Virus record (IMG/VR): IMGVR_UViG_3300045988_042992
Span: 1-44,936 of that record
Strand: one strand, 5' to 3'
DNA from: a virus
DNA length: 44,936 nt
A program made the translations under genes and the position numbers. Positions within the stretch are counted from its first letter, which is position 1, and the number at the start of each line of letters is the position of its first letter. Below the pieces are notes generated by a model. That model saw only the letters and a program-made list of their open reading frames with translations, was not told where the DNA came from and did not search any database. Positions 39,526 through 44,936 of this stretch are shown here, piece by piece.

Positions 39526-40290
39526 TCAGTCCTCCTGCGTCCAGCCGCCGGTGTCGGAGTTGTACTTCCAGCGAGGCTCTGGCTTTGCGGGCAGTTCGGT
39601 CTCTTGCACCTCGTCCTCCCATCGGCCCTGGTTCAGCCATGTGGCCGGATAGGGGATGTACTGGCCGTTATCGCGCTGCCATTGCGCACTGTGCTTCTGG
39701 GCCTCGATGGCCTTGAGTACGACGTCCAACGGCGGCTTCGCCTTGTCGAACGCCTTCCGCGCAGCCGCTTTCCCGGTTTTCCTCGGATACGCCTGCCAGA
39801 ACACGTCGAATGCGCTTGCGCAGTTCGGATTGGATTTGGATTTGGATTTGGATTCGGATTCGGATTGGATTAAGGCCGCAGATTGCCGCGACTCGCCGCA
39901 GATTGCGGCAACTTGCCGCAGATTGCCGCGACTCGCCGCAGATTGTTGCAAAACTGTGTTTTCCGGAGGCTCGGGGAACTTCGGCTTGCAATCTCTGATA
40001 CGCTGATGCTTGACCCACCCGGGGAACAAAAAGTAGGGCCTCCCGTCCACTGTGTAGAGGGACACGCAGCCTTTTGCCGCCAATTCTTGGAGCGCAGCAT
40101 CGATATCTTTGATGGATAACCTCTCCCGGAACGGGAAAACACGTCCTTTTATGATAGCGGGGCGGGCATCTCCGCGCCCCGCATCATCCGCTTGCGTAAT
40201 CAATCCAACCCAAAGCCGAAACTCAAAATCCGAAAGAGCTGCGATTTTTTCTGAGTCGCATAAGCTTTCCTTTATGATTCTATTCGGCAT
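39526..40290 (-). CDS. Replisome organizer / replication initiator with an internal origin
   Basis: The N-terminus MPNRIIKESLCDSEKIAALSDFEFRLWVGLITQADDAGRGDARP is typical of the phage replisome organizer N-terminal domain. The iterons are embedded mid-gene. Confidence 0.75.
   Translation of the reverse strand: MPNRIIKESLCDSEKIAALSDFEFRLWVGLITQADDAGRGDARPAIIKGRVFPFRERLSIKDIDAALQELAAKGCVSLYTVDGRPYFLFPGWVKHQRIRDCKPKFPEPPENTVLQQSAASRGNLRQVAAICGESRQSAALIQSESESKSKSKSNPNCASAFDVFWQAYPRKTGKAAARKAFDKAKPPLDVVLKAIEAQKHSAQWQRDNGQYIPYPATWLNQGRWEDEVQETELPAKPEPRWKYNSDTGGWTQED
39827..39871. repeat. Eight tandem GGATT(T/C) units
   Basis: Read directly. They encode the SESESKSKSKSN linker on the minus strand. 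Confidence 0.85.
39876..39955. repeat. Four iterons CCGCAGATTG(C/T) at exact 20-bp spacing (candidate ori)
   Basis: Copies start at 39876, 39896, 39916 and 39936, inside the initiator gene. Confidence 0.7.
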
Positions 40291-40302
40291 GGCAGGCCTC
40301 CG

Positions 40303-40704
40303 TCAGCACGGCAGGTCGCCATCATCTTCGATCTCGTCAAATTCCTGATCGTCGACTGTGCGGGACTCCTGGGGCTTGCTGTCCCGCTTGGAATCCGCGA
40401 AATATACGTTGTCGGCCACCACCTCCACGGACTTGCGGCGATTCCCGTCCTTGTCCTGCCAGTCGCGGACCTGAATGCGGCCCTCCACGGCGGCCATGCG
40501 GCCCTTGGCAAGGTACTTCGCGGCAAACTCACCTGTATTGCGCCAGGCCACCACGTCGATGAAATCGGTCTCCTTCTCGCCGCTCTGGGACTTGAAGTCC
40601 CGGTCCACGGCCATGGTGAAGCTGGTGACGGCGGTGCCGCCCTGGGTGCGGCGCAGTTCAGGGTCCCGGGTCAACCGGCCCATGATGATGACCTTGTTCA
40701 GCAT
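40303..40704 (-). CDS. ssb: Single-stranded DNA-binding protein
   Basis: MLNKVIIMGRLTRDPELRRTQGG...FIDVVAWRNTGEF... is an OB fold, and the tail is acidic (...EDDGDLPC). Confidence 0.9.
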   Translation of the reverse strand: MLNKVIIMGRLTRDPELRRTQGGTAVTSFTMAVDRDFKSQSGEKETDFIDVVAWRNTGEFAAKYLAKGRMAAVEGRIQVRDWQDKDGNRRKSVEVVADNVYFADSKRDSKPQESRTVDDQEFDEIEDDGDLPC

Positions 40705-40889
40705 TTTGCCACCTCCAGACGCTCCATGAACTTCTCCAGATCCTTGGCCTTGAAGTAGATACGAGGGTTCCCTCGGGCCACATGATAGCCCTGGATAACG
40801 CAGTCGTTCCGCAGGGCGTCCAGCGTGTCAACGCTTACGCTCAACAGCCTGGCCGTCTCGCTTCTTGTGTACAGCAGTTTCTTTTCCAT
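40698..40889 (-). CDS. Small HTH protein (excisionase/MerR-like)
   Basis: LLYTRSETARLLSVSVDTLDALRND.... Confidence 0.6.
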   Translation of the reverse strand: MEKKLLYTRSETARLLSVSVDTLDALRNDCVIQGYHVARGNPRIYFKAKDLEKFMERLEVAKC

Positions 40890-40898
40890 CTCTACCTC

Positions 40899-41183
40899 CT
40901 ATAAATATGACTTTCCAAACTCGCGCCGGAAATCGGATTCTGACCAGCCCTCGTTCTTCATGATCGTGAGCTGTCCGTACCGACGCAATCGGCGCATCTG
41001 GTCGCCGTTCCGGTGTACGGCGGACTTCCCGTTCCTGTGGCACCTGTCACCGCAGAGCCACACCACCGCGCCGTATTTCTCGCTTTTGCCGCGGTAAGAA
41101 CCCCCAAAAATGTGGTGACGCTCCAGCGGGTCCTGTGCGCCGTTCCTACCGCAGAGGAAGCATCTTCTTTCACTCATCGGCAT
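40899..41183 (-). CDS. Small zinc-binding HNH-like protein (94 aa)
   Basis: The internal start MPMSERRCFLCGR...LERHHIFGG...LCGDRCHRNG...VH. The ORF-track N-terminal extension is low-complexity and overlaps the upstream gene. Confidence 0.55.
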   Translation of the reverse strand: MPMSERRCFLCGRNGAQDPLERHHIFGGSYRGKSEKYGAVVWLCGDRCHRNGKSAVHRNGDQMRRLRRYGQLTIMKNEGWSESDFRREFGKSYL

Positions 41184-41187
41184 CGTA

Positions 41188-41682
41188 CTACGTCCCGTCC
41201 GATACAAACTCCGGGCATTCTGTGATTCGGTATGACGGTATTCTTCCGCACAGTAGCGTTGGCACTGCGGTCCAGCCGGGGACTGGCTCAAAACGTTTTG
41301 ACCAAGAGCACCCGCCGCATGCCTTGGCGCAGCCCCAGCACAGTTGCGGCTTTTCGACCTCCGTGAAGATTGCATCCACGGGCCACCCAGCCTTCCAGCG
41401 CTTGCGGATTAAATCCGGGCTGATTCCGGTAATTATGGCCCAGTCACATACGCTCCTCTTCTCGCCGTTCCAGGTCAGGTAGGTCGGCGTAACCCGGTGT
41501 TTGATGCACCCGCAAGATTTCTTGTGCCCTCTGCGCAAGTCCGCGCCATTAGAAATTGTCTTGTTGCCGCAGTCACACTGGCACTCCCATTTGGCGTAGC
41601 CATTCGGGCTGGTGCCATTGCGACGCACTGCGACGAGCATCCCAAACCTCTGGCCCGTCAGGTCTTTCGATTTACTGCCCAT
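41188..41682 (-). CDS. Cys-rich hypothetical phage protein (164 aa)
   Basis: DLTGQRFGMLVAV...WECQCDCGN...SCGC, a motif recurrent in phage proteins of unknown function. Confidence 0.55.
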   Translation of the reverse strand: MGSKSKDLTGQRFGMLVAVRRNGTSPNGYAKWECQCDCGNKTISNGADLRRGHKKSCGCIKHRVTPTYLTWNGEKRSVCDWAIITGISPDLIRKRWKAGWPVDAIFTEVEKPQLCWGCAKACGGCSWSKRFEPVPGWTAVPTLLCGRIPSYRITECPEFVSDGT

Positions 41683-42214
41683 CGTCTCGCCCCCATTCCT
41701 GCTTCATCGCCGCCAGCTTCTGGGGCGGCAGATGCTCGATTCCGGCGGACTCGCAGTCCGATACAATCTGGTCGATTAACCGGCTCATTTGCTCTGTATC
41801 GTAAGAACTGGAGCCGTACCATACCGTCACGTTCACGCACCCAGGGATCTTGCTGCGGCCTTGCTCGGCCATCCACCCGATACCCTGCGCCGTCCAGCGG
41901 CGGATAAAATCATCTGCGGCCCGCTCCACCATGCACAGCACGTCGCTCACGCCGCCGATGGTCTTGATCTCCTCACGGTATATCGCTTCCCGGGGGAGGT
42001 TGTAGTGCGCGGCCAGCTTGTCCAGGAGCACCCAGCAGTAGGCGTTTGCGTCGAGGCTCCGGCCCTTGCGCCTGATTTGGGCGACGTGATCTTTATCGGC
42101 CTGATACTCGTCGCAGGCGTTCATGGCCACCTGTGGGGACTGCACCCGCAGGCACAGCCACGCCCCATCGCTATCCTGCTGCCAACGGACAGCGGAAACG
42201 TCAACATGTATCAT
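41672..42214 (-). CDS. NinB-like recombination protein
   Basis: ...RKGRSLDANAYCWVLLDKLA... parallels lambda NinB ...RNRSLDQNRKLWACLGDV. ATGA-coupled start at 42214 with GGAGG. Confidence 0.5.
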   Translation of the reverse strand: MIHVDVSAVRWQQDSDGAWLCLRVQSPQVAMNACDEYQADKDHVAQIRRKGRSLDANAYCWVLLDKLAAHYNLPREAIYREEIKTIGGVSDVLCMVERAADDFIRRWTAQGIGWMAEQGRSKIPGCVNVTVWYGSSSYDTEQMSRLIDQIVSDCESAGIEHLPPQKLAAMKQEWGRDDGQ

Positions 42215-42786
42215 GGGCAATCCTCCAATTTGGGCCAGGAGCCAGAAACCAGGCATTTCGCAAGGTGTTTCAGCCGCGGGAGATACTGGGTATCAATCCA
42301 TTCGGCATCGTAATTCACCCGATGGAAAGAAAGTCGATGCACATCAACGGGGAGGTAGAAGTTGCCCAGCTCGTCCGGCGTAATCCTGTATGCTACGATA
42401 ATGCATGATTTCCGCTTCCGGAACGTGCCCTTGCTAGCAAACATTTCCACCTGGCATTGCATCCAATAGGGCCTTGTTACTCGGAACGCATCTTTCTGAT
42501 GCGTTTTCACCTCCGCAATACAGTCCCGCGTTTCGCCGTCGTAGTTTACTCGGAGGCGTAAGCCTCTGCGCCGTATCTGCCGGTCCCTGGTCTTAACGCC
42601 AACTGCGTCCAAGATTTTATGCTCATAAGCTGTCCCAGCCCGCATTGCAGGTGTCGAGAATCTATCCCTGCGGATCCCGATTTTTGACGCCCACCAGCGG
42701 CGGAACGACTCGGTGCCCCAATTGCCCATTACCATGGCCGTGTCAGACGCGCCTATCCAGCCGCTGCGATCGTGGTTGGAAATCAC
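42211..42786 (-). CDS. YqaJ-like / lambda-exonuclease-type recombination nuclease
   Basis: The N-terminus ...SGWIGASDTAMVMG... and its position next to a single-strand annealing protein. Confidence 0.55.
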   Translation of the reverse strand: MISNHDRSGWIGASDTAMVMGNWGTESFRRWWASKIGIRRDRFSTPAMRAGTAYEHKILDAVGVKTRDRQIRRRGLRLRVNYDGETRDCIAEVKTHQKDAFRVTRPYWMQCQVEMFASKGTFRKRKSCIIVAYRITPDELGNFYLPVDVHRLSFHRVNYDAEWIDTQYLPRLKHLAKCLVSGSWPKLEDCP

Positions 42787-43430
42787 AGGCGCTCCACCGC
42801 TTTCTCCAAGTTTGCCAGCCTGTCAAACCACCCAAGCATGGTTGCAAGCTGCTTGTCGTTGAGATTAAGCCCCGCCAGGACGTCGCGGTGGCTCATGCCG
42901 CCCTGCTCTTTCGCCGTCAGCAGCCGTTCCAGACGCTCCTTGATTGCGTAGATGCTGTGGCGGCTCAAATCGTCTGTGCCGTCGTCAGTATCGCCTTCCG
43001 CCCAGAGGTCAAATCCCAGGCCGGTGCGCACGGCGACGCCCTTGACAAACGCCCGTGCCAATGCATTATTGATGCGGAGCTGATTCAACGTGTCCTCGTA
43101 AACCACAAGAGAACCGTTCAGCAGGGGCATATCGTACGTGAAATTCCAGTCGTCGATGTGAATTTCCACGCGGACAAACCAGCATCCCGTGGTGCGGCCC
43201 TTGCTGTTGGTTACGGTGTGCTGGGGCCAGAGGTAGCTCTTTGTTTCGGGGCACTGGCATGGGGAGTACCATACGCTTTCCGCGCCATTGTCGTGCAGCA
43301 GTTTTGCGCACTTTGCCCAGCTGAGATAGGGGACTTTGATTGTTCTGCCGCTCTCATCTTTTGCGTCCCTGTTATCACAGTAGGGAAGCACGTCCACCTT
43401 AACCAGTTCATTAAACGGCTTAAGTGCCAT
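42783..43430 (-). CDS. Rad52-like single-strand annealing protein (Sak/DUF1071-type)
   Basis: ...VPYLSWAKCAKLLHDNGAESVWY... motif, and it is paired with the exonuclease. Confidence 0.5.
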   Translation of the reverse strand: MALKPFNELVKVDVLPYCDNRDAKDESGRTIKVPYLSWAKCAKLLHDNGAESVWYSPCQCPETKSYLWPQHTVTNSKGRTTGCWFVRVEIHIDDWNFTYDMPLLNGSLVVYEDTLNQLRINNALARAFVKGVAVRTGLGFDLWAEGDTDDGTDDLSRHSIYAIKERLERLLTAKEQGGMSHRDVLAGLNLNDKQLATMLGWFDRLANLEKAVERL

Positions 43431-43448
43431 TACGTTCCCTCCTTTTCT

Positions 43449-43787
43449 TTAGTCGACGGGGACTTCCGCCCCGACGATCATGCGATCGAGGTCGCACCCC
43501 TCAATTATGTCGGCCAGGTATTCGCGTTCAGGTCGGTTGAAATCGCTGACGAACAGCCGGAGAAGCCCTTTGACACGCAGCTTGCACTTGCGGCACACCG
43601 GGTCCTGTGCGTTCTTCGCGCCGTGGCAGGACGGGCACTCGTCAGCCGTGTATTCATACGGATTCCCAAGCTCCGTCCCGCAGCGAGGGCAATAGTACGC
43701 GATGCTGTCTCCGTATTCTTCAGAGTATTCCTGCTTGCGGATGGGTTCCTCAAACACAGCGTCGCACTCATCACAGATGTACATCAT
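43449..43787 (-). CDS. Zinc-ribbon protein (112 aa)
   Basis: MMYICDECDAVFEEP...YYCPRCG...CPSCHG...CRKC. The start is coupled to the upstream paralog's stop. Confidence 0.55.
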   Translation of the reverse strand: MMYICDECDAVFEEPIRKQEYSEEYGDSIAYYCPRCGTELGNPYEYTADECPSCHGAKNAQDPVCRKCKLRVKGLLRLFVSDFNRPEREYLADIIEGCDLDRMIVGAEVPVD

Positions 43788-43909
43788 CGGGCCTCCATTT
43801 CTGCCCCGCATCTGGGGCAATAATATGCGGTTATGTCCCCCAATTCGGCGGTGCTACATTTGCAAACGGGTTCAAAGAACACATCGTCGCACTCATCGCA
43901 GATGTACAT
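43784..43909 (-). CDS. Zinc-ribbon mini-protein (41 aa), paralog of the N-terminus of the next gene; below the ORF-track cutoff
   Basis: Hand translation gives MYICDECDDVFFEPVCKCSTAELGDITAYYCPRCGAEMEAR. Confidence 0.45.
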   Translation of the reverse strand: MYICDECDDVFFEPVCKCSTAELGDITAYYCPRCGAEMEAR

Positions 43910-44109
43910 CAGCCGTCCTCCTCGTCCGGGATATCTACAAATGTGTATCGGCTCTGCTTCACCGCTCCGGTCATCACGCGCTTGTACGCTCTGCGCACGA
44001 CAGCAGGGTCAACGCCGACAATCCCTGCAAACTCTTGTATCGTGTCAGCCTGTGCAATGGGGAGCCGGAATCTGTCTCCCGTGGTGTACTGGTACACCCT
44101 CACGTCCAT
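43909..44109 (-). CDS. Hypothetical small protein (66 aa)
   Basis: ORF track; SD GGAAAGGGG. Confidence 0.5.
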   Translation of the reverse strand: MDVRVYQYTTGDRFRLPIAQADTIQEFAGIVGVDPAVVRRAYKRVMTGAVKQSRYTFVDIPDEEDG

Positions 44110-44158
44110 ACGCCCCTTTCCTGCGACCGGCGGCGCTCTACGTTCAGCACCTTACAGC

Positions 44159-44530
44159 TCACTTTCTCACCCTCTCTTCCAAGAGAAGCCGTACACCCTG
44201 ACACAGCACATAGATCAAATCGTTCTGCCAGATGTCGCGCTCAATGGCCACTTTGGTCATGCCGGTTTCGATAGCATCTAATACCTCCAACATATCAGAG
44301 CGTTTCGCAGGGCGGGCCACCATCTCGCGGTGCGCCTCGTTAGCCTTGATGAGGGCCTGGATGTGTGTGCGCTGGTTGTCGATGGCATCAGCGGCTGCAT
44401 GCATTATCTCGCAGATACAACCAAATTCTCCAATGTCTTCTCCACATTTATACGGGCATGAGTCACATCCACCCCCGTCCGCGCACTTCCGCAGTTTGTC
44501 CGCAATTTCCTGCGGGGTAAGTCGGTTCAT
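44159..44530 (-). CDS. Hypothetical Cys-rich protein (123 aa)
   Basis: The internal start MNRLTPQEIADKLRKCADGGGCDSCPYKCGED... is ATGA-coupled to the upstream mini-ORF. Confidence 0.5.
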   Translation of the reverse strand: MNRLTPQEIADKLRKCADGGGCDSCPYKCGEDIGEFGCICEIMHAAADAIDNQRTHIQALIKANEAHREMVARPAKRSDMLEVLDAIETGMTKVAIERDIWQNDLIYVLCQGVRLLLEERVRK

Positions 44531-44619
44531 CGCTTGCCCTCCATCCAGTCCACCAACTTCAGCAAGCCGGAGACACAAGTCCCAACACCGATGAAGCAAA
44601 AGATCCATACGATAGTCAT
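44527..44619 (-). CDS. Possible 30-aa membrane peptide
   Basis: Hand translation gives MTIVWIFCFIGVGTCVSGLLKLVDWMEGKR. It is coupled to the stops and starts of both neighbours. Confidence 0.35.
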   Translation of the reverse strand: MTIVWIFCFIGVGTCVSGLLKLVDWMEGKR

Positions 44620-44936
44620 TACTCCGACTCCATAATCTTTCCGTTTCGCAGGGTATACCATGTTTCCGGCTTGATAATCTCGCCGTCAACACGGACCAGA
44701 CGCGCGTCTACGATGGCCCCGCATTTGTACTCGGACAGCACAAGCCAGTTTCCGGCCTTTCCCATAGCTTTGCTTTCAGGCCCCCAGGCGGTGGCCAAGC
44801 AATCGTTCCCGAGTGCTTTTGCGCCGCCATATTGCCCTGTCACGGTCGCCGTGCCCCACGCTCCAGATGCGGCGGCGTTGCCCCTCATTCCAGATGCGGC
44901 GGCGTTGCCACTCTCCCCAGATGCGGCGGCGTTGCC
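44619..44936 (-). CDS. Repeat protein, 3' part (same gene as 1-672; 44796-44936 duplicates 1-141)
   Basis: ORF-track protein ...GNAAASGAWGTATVTGQYGG...VDGEIIKPETWYTLRNGKIMESE. The frame stays open upstream through the repeats to the window end. Confidence 0.8.
   Translation of the reverse strand, partial: GNAAASGESGNAAASGMRGNAAASGAWGTATVTGQYGGAKALGNDCLATAWGPESKAMGKAGNWLVLSEYKCGAIVDARLVRVDGEIIKPETWYTLRNGKIMESE
44796..44936. repeat. Terminal overlap copy 2 (identical to 1-141)
   Basis: Same 141-nt string as the window start. Confidence 0.9.

Larger units (their letters stand above)
1..44795. mobile_element. Complete temperate tailed-phage genome (siphovirus-type module order), one circular unit
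   Basis: Contiguous lysogeny, early/replication, packaging, head, tail, fibre and lysis modules are present. The first 141 nt recur exactly at the window end, so the unit closes on itself. Confidence 0.9.

Noticed and set aside
39827-39955. Possible CRISPR-like or intergenic repeat array
   Set aside because: The repeats lie inside the replisome organizer ORF without breaking the frame. The 20-bp iteron spacing fits an origin, not a CRISPR.
41188-41375. N-terminal extension of ORF 40899..41375, and similar long upstream extensions in the ORF track (11365..11952, 26705..27328, 37328..38008, 44159..44692)
   Set aside because: The extensions overlap the upstream genes, are low-complexity, and lack SD sequences. 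Internal ATG or TTG codons with good SDs and stop-start coupling give the more plausible starts used above.

Overview
The window is one complete temperate tailed-phage genome with siphovirus-type module order. It is probably from a Firmicutes/Clostridia-like host; that host call is inferred from gene content only. The assembly is circular: nt 1-141 are repeated exactly at 44796-44936, so the unit is 44,795 bp. The junction falls inside a gene that carries a 27-bp tandem repeat. Almost all real genes are on the minus strand.

Reading order on the minus strand:
- Lysogeny/switch region (about 1230-5540): XRE regulators, a zinc-ribbon+DUF4145-like moron, a membrane-anchored HTH protein, a tyrosine integrase, and attP built on a tRNA 3' fragment.
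- Early operon, wrapping through the junction (1436 -> 1 / 44795 -> 31259): recombination genes (Rad52-like, YqaJ-like, NinB-like), SSB, a replisome organizer with an internal iteron origin, DnaB, RusA, an SNF2-helicase/methylase fusion, a C5-methylase locus, a Lar-like protein and a RinA/ArpU-like late regulator.
- A roughly 1.1-kb ORF-free RNA region (30155-31258): tRNA-Gln, tRNA-Trp, an aberrant tRNA-like element and a 467-nt hairpin-rich gap.
- Packaging, head, tail, fibre and lysis genes (29916 -> 8139).
- A post-lysis moron cluster (8052 -> 5543).

Observations most worth a second look:
1. A circularly permuted cytosine-5 methyltransferase is encoded in two reading frames that overlap by 512 nt, and both frames look protein-like.
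2. A large candidate structured RNA sits between the phage tRNAs.
3. A 3.1-kb self-promoted island (serine recombinase, lipoprotein, four-gene cassette) is wedged between terS and terL.
4. A reverse-oriented three-gene cassette with its own operator sits between the fibre and lysis genes.
5. The switch region has two consensus promoters facing each other.
6. A compact antisense sRNA unit lies inside the early operon.

All calls come from reading the sequence and the ORF translations by eye. No searches were run, and family names are from memory.
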